From: the human T2T-CHM13v2.0 reference genome, Homo sapiens
Assembly: GCF_009914755.1 (NCBI RefSeq)
Contig: NC_060926.1
DNA: 64,000 bases
Reading direction: 5' to 3' (one strand)
Shown here: positions 40,460 through 54,480 of the stretch, piece by piece
Numbering within the stretch: position 1 is the stretch's first letter
Layout: the number at the start of each line of letters is the position of its first letter
Program-made: the position numbers and the translations under genes
The notes under the pieces: generated by a model
Seen by the model: the letters and a program-made list of their open reading frames with translations, nothing else
Database searches by the model: none
What the model was told of the DNA's origin: nothing

Positions 40460-43400
40460 CATTAGGAGACAGATTGGTGGTAAACTTGACAGAGGATTAG
40501 GCTGCCACTACCTGCATTGCCTGATAGATCTTAGCAACCCTGAAAGTTGTAATGTGAAAGGTGTGATGTACATGGCACCATTCATAAAGTATGCTACCCA
40601 CAAAGGCTTGACCTGAAAGCTTTTAGCTATAACCTTCTGCTTAAAGAAATAGTGTATTTAGAGGAATAAGTAAATGACATGAGAAAACCATCAGATAAAT
40701 TCAGGATGTGGAACAACTTAAAAGTGTATTGCTGCAGTTTCCTCAGTTCATCAAAAACATGAAAATGAAGGAATGGGTGCCCCTTTCTAAATTGAGGGAC
40801 TTAAATCAGTTGTACTCAAATGCAATCAGGAAACCTTATTTCAGCTTGACGAGTACAAGCCAACTGAAGAAACACATTTCCAAGACATCTGAAAAATTTG
40901 AATTTGAACACACTATATGGCATTATGGAATAATTATGGTTTTATGAAGTCCTTATTTTATAGAGATACAAATGGAAGTATTTAGAGTTGAAATGATCCG
41001 ACGTGAGAGATTTGTTTTGAACTTCTACAACAAAGGAAAAAGATAATGGAAAAAAGTATGCATAAAGTAGAACTTTTATATATGTTTAAAACTTCAATTA
41101 CAAAAAAATTAAATACAAATGCTTTAAACAAAAGTTTTGAAATATCAAGGCAAAAATGGTGTGCTGGAGTGACATGGTAAAGCCAGCAAAATTTTGACCA
41201 TATTCTGAAGGTCAGCCCTGACATAAATGATATGAAGAAACCAACTATGAAATGGATGCATGAGTTTCCCAGCCAGTGGATATTACTTAATTTGTAGTTT
41301 CCACATATTTGGGATTTTATTAAGTGAATTTTTATCGAACAAATTACCTATATTATACAGAAGATCAGCCTTTCAAGTTTAGAACGATAGATGTCTCAAT
41401 ATGTTTATCGTGGGCCACCACCAAATAAGAATATTAGATTTTGCCCTAGCAAACATAACATCTAAATATTCCAAAGCCACTTATGCATGATATATGAACA
41501 GATTCCCAAAAGCACATTATATGAAAATCAAGAATCCAGTTTTAGCCTTTAATATTTTATGTTTGATATAAACATGCCAAATATTTAAACTTTCTCATGC
41601 TTTTAGTGATATGTGAAGAAATGTGCTACTATCTAAAATAAAATAGAAATTGTCAAGTCTGAAAACCCTTCTTTTTCTATTACCACCTCCTCAAAACACA
41701 GAGCCTTCGATCCTCAATTTACAACTGTTGCTTTGGGAAACATCTGAAAGCCACCCTCTATAATTTCACATTTCATTCTTATGACAAAGTTAGTCTGCAT
41801 GTGGCTTTATCTTAGTATATTTTACAAAAAAAAAAAATAACTAGTGGAAAAATATAGAAGATCTTATTTCAAAAGAATCGTTTCTTTCTTTTTGATAGTG
41901 AATATCATCCTTTATAGGTTTGTGTTTTTAAGAAGGTTTTTTTGGTTTTTAACAAAAGGAATCTTATTTTGTATCTCCCACTGACAGATATTCCCATTTC
42001 TATATTTGGTAATTTTTTTTCCCAAAGAGAATAAAAAGTGTCTTTGAAAAATATTTTAGAGTGATTTTTGATCACTTAATTGTATTTTCCATAAGCTGAC
42101 TTTTTATATCACAATGAATCCCTTACTTATCCCTTTTTCAGCTTTCCTAGATAGGAAGCAAGAGCCCCTCAGCCATTTATGAAGCCTGTTAAACTCAGTA
42201 TTGGGCAATTTATGTCTTGTTCATTTCATTTTGTATTTATAATTCTTAGTTTCTTGGTTTTTTTCTTGTTTTCCTTTTATAGGTATAAAGTATAAATTTT
42301 TATGGTAGCTGTGACATCTGTATTTTAATTAGTATCCAGACTAAAAATACTTAACACTCATTTTTATATGACTATTTGTGGAAATTTCTCTTCAGTTTAT
42401 TTTTTGTAAAATTTATTTTTAATGGTTTTATATTCTTGGACAGAATTTATATATGACCAGGAGATCTCTTTTAGTTTAGTCATTGTGGAAATCACTACGA
42501 TACCAGTTTATGCATTCACAAAATTTGCTTATACTATAGATTCGAATCCAGGCAGTCAAGCTTTACAGTGAATTTCAAGACAGACTAGTTGATGCTTAAA
42601 GCAGAGTTTAAAGTGAAGTAGAAGATACTTCGTTAATGGTTTCCATTTTCCGAGGCCTTTTTATACAACACTTTTTAGACGGGTAAAATTTTTAGAGCCA
42701 TTGCCTGATTAATATTGATAAGATAATATAAATATGCACAAGACCCAAGAATCTAGAAACCCTCAAGAACCAGACCAGAAATAGTTTCAAGAAACATGGT
42801 CTTTCTGCCTTTCCTTATGTCTTCACTTCCATTGAAATCCAACTTTTAAATGATATCCTATGTATATAGTAGCTTATATTTGAATCAACAAACTCCAAGT
42901 ATGTGTAATATTCTTAAAATATCTGTCAACTTGTATTTTCTCCTGTGGAGGAAGGAATACTATTGGTGCTTCATGTTTCCGTCACCCTGAAACAACATTT
43001 CTCACTCTGAAACAACGTTTCCCAGTGACCTCATTCCCTCTGATGATAAGCATACCTGCTATAGAAATAAATCTTGTATGTCACAGAAGGTACTAAAGAG
43101 GAGAAATCTTTTTGGTGCCACCACCTATGTTCTCTTCCAGAATTTGGCTTTGCTTTTTTGCCGTAGGAGGCACTGGACAATTTCTGCACCTCTGTGGAAA
43201 GTAGACTCCTTCGTAAGCCTGTGGTCCTACAGGAAAGGAGAGCCCCATGACCAGAGAGGAAGTTGAGTCCATGTAACACAACAGTTTCTACTCATTTTTT
43301 CCACAAAATGTTGCCCCTCTGGGTATGACAGCCTAACCTCAGCTCACAAGCCAGAGAGTTGGAAGAAACCGTCAAGGAAGAGTATCATCTGCCTTAACCT

Positions 43401-44715
43401 CGGGTGCTATTGCTGTCCCAAGAGTCCTGCCAAAACTCACACCACACTGTCTTTTATGTAAGGGCAAACCCCTAAACACCATAGCAACTCAGAACAGACT
43501 CAAACAAGGAGAACCTGTCATGAGGTTCCAGTGTGCTGGACTATGAAAGACTAGTCACAGGGTTGTCTATACTAAAAATCTCCTTACTGATCTCTGGGTT
43601 CCTGTTTCCATGGTGATTTTACACACACTACAGACCCTGTTTCGTACAGCAAGACATAGACTAACAAAGCAGAACCATTTTAATAATTTCAGGTTCATTA
43701 AAGAGGCCTTAGACTCTTTTACTAAGCATATCTTCATGCACACACTGTATATTTGGGGATGTACATTATAAAAAAGATAAAATATCTCACTTTGTATTCC
43801 ATCTTTTACCATGAGCTTAATGAGGTGGATAATATACCAGATTTTCATAGCCCTACAGCGTTATTGTCCCTTACCCACTAGTATTTTCTATAGATGCAAT
43901 GTAACACTTTTTCTAATTACATAGTTTTAAATATTAGAGCACTCAAATGAAATGTAATAAGACAAGAAAGTCCATGATTCCAATAATTTTGCAGTCTTAG
44001 GCACAAATGGAGATTTCATTCTACCTTGAAGCTTGTTCAATTTCTGTATTTTTAGACATACATTTTCGAAGATGCTAATTTGATGTTTGAAAGTTCCCCA
44101 TAGTATATTTCTGGTGTCCCAGAAAACATGTTTGTGAATTTTTTTTTTTTAAACCAACGCATGTTCTTCAGTACACTGATTAAAGAAGTAACATTCACAT
44201 GCTGTTTGCCATTTTTACTTATAAAAATGTCTCTTGATTTCTTATGCTAATTGTGCTAAATTTTAATATTCCAACTATTTAATTATAGGTTACAGCATTC
44301 ATCATGAAATGGTTATTTGCACACTATATACCTCTTCTCTAGTGAATTTGACTAGTATCTTTCATTCCACATAGCAGAGGTTTTTAAAATTCATTCATCT
44401 TAAAGTAAGATTGTTTAAATAATACATAATTGGTAAATGTGAACCTTACCATACTACAGTGAGGAATACTTTATCCAGTAAAATTAGAAGATGTGTCTTC
44501 TGTTTACCTGAGATATGATGTCTGTGCATATATAGGTTTATGCATGTATATAGATAATTTGTGGATCACAAGTTTTCAAAGAAAATAGTAAAACTATTTT
44601 GAAAACCATTTAAATTTCTTTTCATAAATCAGAATAGATTTCAGGATACTTTGATCTCTGCAGCTATTCTTCATTATCATTGGGCTCTACTAAGGAAACA
44701 GAAAAATAACTGAAT

Positions 44716-44999
44716 GGCCGAGCACAATGGCTCACGCCTGTAATCCCAGCACTTTGGGAGGCCAAGATGGGCAGATCACTTAGGGTCAGGAGTTTGAGGC
44801 CAGCCTGGCCAACGTGGTGAAACCCCATCTTTACTAAAAATACAGAAATTAGCCAGGCATGGTGGAACACATCTGTAATCCCAGCTACTCAGGAGGCTGA
44901 GGCACGAGAATCACTTGAGCCCAGGAGGCAGAGATTGCAGTGAGCCAAGATCATGCCACTGCATTCCAGCCTGTAGAGACTCCGTCTCAAAAAAAAGAA
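44716..44999 (+). mobile_element. AluS-like element with small 3' deletion
   Basis: ggccgagcacaatggctcacgcctgtaatcc...; TSD aaaaataactgaa on both sides. Confidence 0.93.
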
Positions 45000-46514
45000 A
45001 AAATAACTGAAGACCTTATTTATAGAATAGAAGTTGATTGCTTTATACTAAAGTTCATATTAAATAAATCTTTTATTAACTCTTAGTTTTATATTTACTT
45101 AAAGATAGGTCACAAAACCTAAGTCCTATCCTTTAAACCCAGTTACTTAGATTTTCAAATTAGATCCTGGGTACCTGAGAATTTTGTATTTTAGTGTTCT
45201 AGTTAGCATCTCAGTGTCCTTTTCTAGATTCTGTTTTCTAGGGCGTTGCATTAAAAAATATATGAAACACAGGTCATAATATTTAAAAGGAATATGGCTG
45301 TCATATTACTTTTGGAATAATTTTGTATTGTTTGAGATACTAATTTCGTGAAGTTTTATTAGGGCAACCAGTATGGAATCACATATCTCATGATTTGTGC
45401 TTTCTCTAAGGTTATTTATTTTAAATAGCTTCTCATAAGGAAGAGTTTAAATGAGCAAGATTGTTACATGGTTTCTGAGAATATGTTTCATTGAGTGAAA
45501 AGACACAATTTCTGAGCTACAATTTTTAGGGTATGTTTCTCTTTTTCTGTTTTTTTTTTAAGCTCTGAATAGCTTTTTTTAAAAAGTGGGTGGGCAGCTT
45601 ACATAAAATTCTAATGGTTTTGGTTTCCATGGTGAAAAATGTTGAGACCCTGACACTACATGCCACCTAGTGTTTCTAAGCCAAAAGCTTTAATATATTG
45701 GTGTCCTAGATTTTACCTTATATTTAAGTAAAGCTGAGAACTATCTGAACATCTTTTTCTTTTCCAAGACAGAACATTTTTCCATGTATGTGAAGCCTTG
45801 AGGCTACCACAGTGGTACTTTTTATCTGTAGTTTCTTGCTAGTTCGTATTTGCTTTCCCAGGGTTTCCGTCCCTGATGGAACAAAGGTTGACTGCTGCAT
45901 AGCTCTGATTTCAGGCCAGCACCTGTGCAGCTATTCCCAGCTATTCCAATTCCTTGGTATTTTACTTAGTCCTTAGCAAAACTCCTTTGAGAATTACTGT
46001 ATAAGAATGTTTAGAACTCTGGAAAACTCATGATAGAAGATGTACAAGTAAAGCAGAGCACTTTCTGGTATTGTCAGCCTGACAGTGACTCAGCTCATGT
46101 TTCAACGTGTACCAGGGAAACCATATACAATCTTTAATCTTTGTTGAAATTCCAAACTGAAGCAATCAGAACTGTCACAGAATTCTACCATACAGAAGCA
46201 TTCTGTCAAATAATATAACAGGAGACAGGTCGGTAAAAACCTATACTAAGAATGTCAGCTAATCTTTCCAGAGGCTAGGAAACAAAACCTTGAATTGAAT
46301 CTGACATCAAGTTAAAGGTTTAGAATGCAGTGGGATTTCCCACTTCTCCCTTAAACCTTGTATTCACCTTCTAAAGCAGCTTAATCAGCAGTCCCTAAGA
46401 AGTTTGCTTTACATAGCCAAACTTCATTGAACACAGTAAGGTAAAGCCACAATGCAATGCCAGGCATGAGTCAGCACTCAGTAAAAGGAAGCTGCTGTTG
46501 TTACTGGGAATTTG

Positions 46515-46640
46515 CTTGTTCAACAAATATTTACTGAGCACCTACTGAGTACTCTGCACCATCCTAGACACTGAGGATATAACAAACCAGATAAAAGTCT
46601 GTCTGTCCTCGTGGAGCTTATATTCTAGTGGGGAGAAATG
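46515..46640 (-). mobile_element. L2 3' end
   Basis: ttgttcaacaaatatttactgagcacc...cctcgtggagcttatattctagtgggg. Confidence 0.7.
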
Positions 46641-47792
46641 GTGATAAGCGCTATACAGAAAGAGAAGGCTGGCCTCCTGTGGTAAATGGATGCTACTTAG
46701 ATGTTACTTCCTTTAGGAAGATTTTCCTAAGCTCCATTCCCCCAGACACACACACACACCCCTTACCTTCTCTCATAACTGCATAGGGCCTGGCATGTAA
46801 TAGGGCCCAGAGGGAGACAGGGAGGGAGGAAAGGAGGTAGACATTTAAATCCTTAGGATTGTATGTTAAACTCAGAATGTGATAAGAACTTAATTATCTT
46901 TGAAGTGAGAGTGAAGTAGCATTTCCGAAAAAAAGTTTGTTAATAATATAAGGGTTAAATGCAAGGAAGGAATGGCTTGTATTGAAGTCCATCAGAAAAT
47001 GGGAAAATACATTTTGAAGATACTAGAGAAAGAAGGACATACGGGAATCGAATTGGGAAAAGGAAGCATGATCTACACCACCTAAGTTTACGGCATAAAA
47101 AACAGAAGTTTGAATGGGGTTTGTTTTTTTCAAGTTCAGGATGGCAAATGGTACTGTTAAATTAAAGCAGATAATGGAAGAGATGAGTTTGGCTGGAAGA
47201 AACAATGATTAGGTTAGACTTGCCTATATTCCTTTAAAAAAGGCTAAAGGAATAAAATAAGCAGGTGAACAAGAAAATTTTCATTGCTTGCAATTCTAAA
47301 ACTTTGTATAGAGTTCCTTTGACTGTAAGTGACATGAAATATAACATAAAATGTGCTCTACCTTCAGAGGCTTCATCACCAAGCTCAATAATATGAACGT
47401 TGTGTAAGTTTTCATTTTTAATTGTTTGGAAGATGGAGGACCCTTCTTGAAATACTTGGTCTCCATTCTCAGTCTTTTAATCCCTTGGAGGAAGGTGTCT
47501 GAGAGGTCAGTTTTCCAAGAGGAACAGGATCAGTTTTCAGATTTTGATTTAATATTGAGACTTACAATCACAACAAACAACATTCATGAAATTCAGCAAA
47601 ATATATTAATGAAGTATAAGTATATGGAACACATTCATATAGTTAAGAGTCAGATGTGCTGTGTAAGCTGAAAATAATAGCCTTGTATTAGCATATAGAT
47701 TCTAAGATGCTGTTGACAAACATCTGAACCTTTTTTAGCAAGTTTTTATGTAATGTTATTATATTTAGCTGATTAAACTTTTCTTGTTACAG

Positions 47793-47924
47793 ACGTGCCA
47801 AATACTGGTGTAAGCAAACCTAGAGTTTCTGACGCTGTCCAGCCCAACAACTATCTCATCAGGACAGAGCCAGAACAAGGAACCCTCTATTCACCAGAAC
47901 AGACATCTCTCCATGAAAGTGAGG
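47793..47924 (+). CDS. PKP4: PKP4 coding exon (exon 5, 132 nt): (D)VPNTGVSKPRVSDAVQPNNYLIRTEPEQGTLYSPEQTSLHESE(G)
   Basis: ttcttgttacag| acceptor; donor AGG|gtctgt at 47925; ORF 47795..48046. Confidence 0.94.
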
Positions 47925-48033
47925 GTCTGTTGTGTTATCTTTTAAGTACTGGATTTGCTTTTAAGATTTTATTCTTGAAAGCGAGTGTCAGAAGTGTGTA
48001 TAATAAAGATATTTCTTGGTTTCATTCTTACAG

Positions 48034-48224
48034 GATCATTGGGTAACTCAAGAAGTTCAACACAAATGAATTCTTATTCCGACAGTGGATACCAGGAAGC
48101 AGGGAGTTTCCACAACAGCCAGAACGTGAGCAAGGCAGACAACAGACAGCAGCATTCATTCATAGGATCAACTAACAACCATGTGGTGAGGAATTCAAGA
48201 GCTGAAGGACAAACACTGGTTCAG
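48034..48224 (+). CDS. PKP4: PKP4 coding exon (exon 6, 191 nt): (G)[23 protein letters not shown]...RAEGQTLVQ
   Basis: ttcattcttacag| acceptor; consensus donor CAG|gtaagc at 48225; ORF 47985..48494; SDSGYQE motif shared with delta-catenin. Confidence 0.96.
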
Positions 48225-48241
48225 GTAAGCCAAACGCATCA

Positions 48242-48589
<348 letters not shown>

Positions 48590-49967
48590 CTAGTTGAATA
48601 TCTGTTATAGGTATTTCTTATTAGAAATAAATGTGTACAATTTTTATAGAATGGATAAAATAGTAAAATCATTTTATTCTATTTGAGATACAATGTTAAA
48701 TATGTTTGTTTCTATGAGTTAGCTCCCATTGATGAATTCTGATGAGTTCCTGGATACAGTAGAGTAATTCTTCTGGAAACAACAAGTTTGGCATGAGGAG
48801 AAGAGTCTAAGGGGAATGTAAGAGAGTTGAATGGAATGTTTTGGTCCCTGAGGGGTTATGAGTTCCTAAAAATACTAGGGCTAAAATATGCTATAAAAAG
48901 CTCTAGAGGGCAGGGTGCTATACCCACACCTGCATAAAATGGGATTTGCCCATTCTAACCAAAGGTTATTACCATCATCACTGGAATTATTCTCTAAAAC
49001 TACATTTCTTTTCTTTTACTAGATAGAATACAGCTATTCCTGCTTAAAGAAAGTTATTGTATAGAAACATATCCATTCTGTTAAGTTAGGGTTCTCTAAC
49101 TTGATAGCAAAAAATATATATTGCATGTATATTTATAAAAACTCTTCAGCTCCTTTCTCATTACCACTGTATTCACATCAGTCCACCAGCATGTCCCAGG
49201 ATTCAGAGAGGCAATAGGAGTCCTGCATGGTGGTAACCAGTGAGGCTAACTATCTGTGCCAGGACCCCAAAACCCCAGTGCTTTCTTTAGAGCTGAAAAG
49301 TAGCAAGATAATCAAATAAGTTAGGAGGACACTGTGCTGCTTCTACTGCAATACAGGAAGCTCTACAGGTACACAGCAATGGGTCACGGTTCCCAACGCC
49401 CACAGAGAAACATAATACAACTTTGGCACTTTTGCTCAGCAATTCAGGAGAAATTTCAGAGTCATTTAAAACATGTTTGTATTAAACACAAATATAACAT
49501 ATGAATTTTTCAAGCTAAAATGGGAAATCTTGTGCATGTGGCAAGCAACTTCAGGCTGCACCCCAAGTCCTCAGATTATATATTTATTCTTTTGCTGTTG
49601 GGGATGCTTTGGTGGAAAAGTTTGAGAAGCTCTGGACTAAATGCTAATGGGAGTTCATCCGCTTAGGTGAATTTCTGTGTCAGCAGGTCTGAAATCACAC
49701 TTTTCAACAGCAGTTACCTTATATCTATATAAATTTTATTGCCCTTAGTAATGATCATGTAAACACTTTTTTCTTTAAGAGTAAGTTGATTTTCTCACTA
49801 GAGCTAAAGAATTGTTTGCAAGGGGGTGTCTGAGACTTAATTTGCATGTAGTCTAGGCAACACATTTTCTAGTTGTCTGGACCAACTTATCACTTCATTT
49901 TGGTAGTTGCAAGTCATGTGGGATTTTCTTTGCATTTTGTTACCACTATTACCACCCAATCATGCTT

Positions 49968-50285
49968 TTTTTGTTGTTGTTCTTAATTAATAGAGACAAG
50001 GTCTCACTCTGTCACCCAGGCTGGAGTACAATATGGCAAAATCATAGCTCACTATAGTCTCAATCCCCTGGGCTCAAGCGATTTTCCTGACTCAGCCTCC
50101 TGGAGTAGCTAAGACTGCAGGCACATGCCACCATGCCCAGCTAATTTTTTTGTTTGTTTGTTTTTTGTAGAGGCTGGGCCTCACTATGTTGCCCTGGCTG
50201 GTGTCAAGCTCCTGGCCTCAAGCAATCCTCCCTCCTCAGTCTCCCAATGTGTAGGGATTATAGGTGTCAGCCACCACACCCAGCC
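49968..50285 (-). mobile_element. AluJ-like element
   Basis: agagacaaggtctcactctgtcacccagg...cagccaccacacccagcc; TSD ccaatcatgctt both sides. Confidence 0.9.
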
Positions 50286-51680
50286 CCAATCATGCTTGTT
50301 AACTTTCCAGCTGTCTACTAATTTTTAAACCCCATCTTTTTTGCCTTGTTGTTTACCATCCTCTTTCCTCCCCATGTCTTCTCCCCTGCTATTGCCTTCC
50401 CAAAATTGTTGAACTTGAACACACAGTGAGTTCTCACTGCAAGTGTTTCAGCCAGCCCAGTTGCATGCGACACCTGGAGGCAGAGCAGACATCCTCATAT
50501 GACCCCTAAGGGTATACAAAGCCCTCATCTGATCCCTGCTTCTTTCCTTACCTCCCCACCTAAAAGTGGATGTGGGTTGATGACAACTAGACTCTAGCAG
50601 CCACTAAGGAGGTAACAGAGCAGCCTGGTCCTAGTCTTCTAACCTGGATCCCTAATGTCTTTATTTCTCAGTTGGCTCTCCTTTTTCCCATACATGTTTC
50701 CCTTGGGCCCCTTCTCCAGCCTAACCATTCCTTTTTATTGTTGCACAGCATGAAAAACAGTGTCCAGCACCTGCTGTAACTGCAGGAATCAACAGATTCA
50801 GAGTAGGATCAGCAATGGCAGAAATGTTCACTTTCCATCCTGGTCTTTTCCAGCTGTCTAGGCCAAGAACCCAAAAGAGGCTTTGACCATTCCTCCTGCT
50901 GGAATAGATTTGGGGGTGCCTTTTTTTTGCATCTCTTTAAATCCACCAATTAAAGCTAAGAACTCATAGATCAGAAGAGGTAAAAAGAAATGGCTAAAGT
51001 GAGAAGCTATGCTTGATCTAAAGGAATCAACAAATTTGCCTAGAGCACCTGTGTAGCCAAGCTGTTCCCCGAAGTAAATTCACAGTGGAGAGCGCCAGAC
51101 CCACACTTGATCCAAATGTTCATTTATTCCACAATGAAAGAACATGTTCCTTTTGTTAATGGGACCAACCCATAAAGAAAAACAATGATAAATATTCCAC
51201 TAGCTACATTTAGACTGATATATTCAAATTATATTCAAATTTTTGTTTTACATAAATGCATTGCCTTGGCCAAACTTTGCTTCATAGGGAATGAAGTAAG
51301 TACATTGTTCTGGTGCCCCTTCACGCTCATGAATTACATGTAACACTTAGAATAAAACATTTTATGTGCTGTGAAAAATGCATAGGCAATAGTTAAAAAT
51401 GTAAAGATAAAAAAGGAGTATTAAATGTCTTCAGATCTCTTTTTACAGGTTAATTTTAGCATTTGGTTTAAACCACCAAAAAAAAAAAAAAAAACTAAAA
51501 CAACTAAAGCACCGTGAGGAAAAATTAATGTCTGGCTCAAAGCATAAAAAGGAAAAGAATCTTAGATGCCTAAAATAGTGGATTCACATTCTGTAGTGAG
51601 CTATGTGTATTTCTTTTGTAATGGCAATGAACACAAAACCCTGGATAAACCCATTCTCTTTTTTCCCCCCCTTTCATCAG

Positions 51681-52230
51681 CCATCAGTAGCCAATCGGGC
51701 CATGAGAAGAGTTAGTTCAGTTCCATCTAGAGCACAGTCTCCTTCTTATGTTATCAGCACAGGCGTGTCTCCTTCAAGGGGGTCTCTGAGAACTTCTCTG
51801 GGTAGTGGATTTGGCTCTCCGTCAGTGACCGACCCCCGACCTCTGAACCCCAGTGCATATTCCTCCACCACATTACCTGCTGCACGGGCAGCCTCTCCGT
51901 ACTCACAGAGACCCGCCTCCCCAACAGCTATACGGCGGATTGGGTCAGTCACCTCCCGGCAGACCTCCAATCCCAACGGACCAACCCCTCAATACCAAAC
52001 CACCGCCAGAGTGGGGTCCCCACTGACCCTGACGGATGCACAGACTCGAGTAGCTTCCCCATCCCAAGGCCAGGTGGGGTCGTCGTCCCCCAAACGCTCA
52101 GGGATGACCGCCGTACCACAGCATCTGGGACCTTCACTGCAAAGGACTGTTCATGACATGGAGCAATTCGGACAGCAGCAGTATGACATTTATGAGAGGA
52201 TGGTTCCACCCAGGCCAGACAGCCTGACAG
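51681..52230 (+). CDS. PKP4: PKP4 coding exon (exon 7, 550 nt): PSVANRAMRRVSSVPSRAQSPS...YDIYERMVPPRPDSLT(G); Ser/Thr/Pro/Arg-rich disordered head
   Basis: ttttccccccctttcatcag| acceptor; donor CAG|gtgcgt at 52231; ORF 51603..52268; GC/CpG-richer than flanks. Confidence 0.97.
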
Positions 52231-52959
52231 GTGCGTACAAGGTGACAGTGCTACATAAAACCCAGTGAGGAAATCTTCTGTGTAACTTAAGTTGAAACAA
52301 AGAATGAAAAGGTGGAAAAGGCTCATTCGTGTTTTTAATCTCAGATTTTAAACTATAAACTTAAGGTTAACTTGTCTTTCAGGTTCTGTAATTCTTAATA
52401 CATGAAATTATATACATTTATATCAATAGAATCCTTTTGCAATGGATATAACTCTTTTGTAATATTTTCCCACTAAATATTAGGGTTTAAAATGTGCTTT
52501 TTTTGCATTTCATAAGTATTAGTTGCAATTCTAAGCAGTTGACTAATTTTTTTTAATGAAATATTTTTTACCAGCCAGGCCTACCCCTAAACATACCCTA
52601 AAGTTATGTTAAAAGGTGGTATCAGAATATCTGTTTAAATGTTTAAATTTTTTCTTTAGAAATGCTTTGGTAATATAGACTAGACTATGAATTTTATCCC
52701 CTACTTGATTTTGGCATTTTAACGGTAAATGCACAAAGCGCTTATGAATCACTTTTACATGCCACTCCTATTAAAGCAGAAAGACACCGGGTCCCTAATA
52801 CAGCTGTTCCAACTTCAGGGTTTTTCGTGGAGGGTTTCCTACATGGTGTAAAGATTTGGTTATTTTAAATAAAATGCAATTTAACTTTAGTGTTTTAAAT
52901 TATATTTTAAAAGTAACATATACAGAATGGTAAAAATTAAAACTATATGGGAAAATATT

Positions 52960-53800
52960 GAAATAAGTGAAAGCCTTTTACCCTCACCCAGTCCCATCAC
53001 AGTTGATGTGGCTTTCAGAATGTTTCTTTGCATTTACAAATATATGCAATCCATGCAAATCTGCACACACATTGTGTTTTCTATTGATGGAATTCTATCA
53101 TATAGATCTTCTATACTTTGTTCTTTTCACTAACTATGTCTTAAGAGCTCTACCTCATTCTTAATAGATGCATGGGACCCATTTTTTATAGATATATCAT
53201 AATTTATTTGCATTTTCCTCCTAATGGACAGTTAGGTTGTTTGTTATGTTTAGCTGTTAGAGATGATGTAGTACATACATTGTTCTCCCTGCATATTTCA
53301 CATAAGTACTAGGGTAACTGGGATCCAGTAGAATTGCTGCATCAAAATATATGTGTATTTTTACTTTGAGAGATATTACGTAGAATTGCCTTCTAAGAAG
53401 GTTACACACGGATTTATATTTCTGCCAGTAGTTTGAGTGCCTGTTTGTCTATACCTTGTCTACACTGCACTAGTGCTGCATATTCCAAGTTTTTCATCTT
53501 TGCCAATCTGATAGGTAAAAAGCTGTACCTCATTGTTTTTAAGGGCTTTTATTGAGTTATGACTGAGGTTGAAGATTTAATCTGTTCATCAACGACTTTA
53601 TTTCATTTTGTGAAACTACAAGTTCTTTTGTCTATTTTTATAATTCGTGAAAGCTTTTTTTTACTAGAGATAAGCTCGCACCTCGTAATATGCTTCTCAA
53701 GTATTTTTTCCATTTTGTCACTTCTTTTTATTTCATTTTGGTTTTAATTTACAAAACTGTTTAACATTCTTACATAGTAAAATTAGTATCTTTTTTATGT
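52960..53800 (-). mobile_element. Old L1ME-like fragment
   Basis: aatggacagttaggttgttt...agaattgctgcatcaaa...tttgccaatctgataggtaaaa...gactgaggttgaa. Confidence 0.6.
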
Positions 53801-54453
53801 CTTCTAAGAAAATTTAAGCCTTTTTGAGATTTTTGTGATTGAATAATTTTGCCTGGAGAATTTATATTGAACTTGATTTTTGAGCTCAAAGAAATTCTTA
53901 GTGGAGAAACCACCTCTTTTTCATTCATCTATCCAAGAAGTGTGCTTGACTTAGATATTTTCTGAAATGCCTCTGAAAAGTATGCAGCAAAATGATGTAG
54001 GAATCATTTATGAAATTCTACCTCCCAAGGAAATCTTAGAAAATAAATAGTTCTGAGGACTTCCATATTCCCCCGTGTGTATAGAACAGCTATGTAGAAA
54101 TTTCTGCTTGTAAGAGAGTAGAGAGGAGACTGGAGGAAGGAAGCCAGCATATAAATTATTGTCTCCATATTTAACCCTAAGAGGACTCATTTCCTCTGGT
54201 TTAAACAGTCTGTTTCTCTGACAATGCAGGTAAAATTAGACTTTATGTCTTGGGGGGAAAATATATATAATGTCTATTTTTTAGGCCCAGCCTCTCAGTG
54301 ATTTTTTTCTAGAAATACTGCAGTGTTCTCAAGAAGCAAAGTGTTCTTGATTTCAAAGGACTAATAGCCTGCTAATTGATAAGCAATGTTTTGTACTACA
54401 TTCAGGGACTTGGGTATTTGATGATCATAATTTAAATGATACAAACTACAGAA

Positions 54454-54480
54454 ATATATATATATATATATATATATATA
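54454..54480 (+). repeat. (AT)n microsatellite
   Basis: atatatatatatatatatatatatata. Confidence 0.9.

Noticed and set aside
49170-49640. Possible hAT-Charlie element ending aaagtttgagaagctctg
   Set aside because: Only one terminal-like motif recognised; boundaries cannot be supported
51220-51241. 11-bp tandem duplications (also 61201-61225 and a 10-bp one at ~36273-36292)
   Set aside because: Ordinary slippage duplications with no evident function
51685-51690. Extra AGs at +7 and +10 of exon 7
   Set aside because: Both are out of frame and downstream of a strong first CAG; no support for use
51746-52326. Antisense ORFs over exon 7
   Set aside because: Shadow ORFs of a GC-rich coding exon
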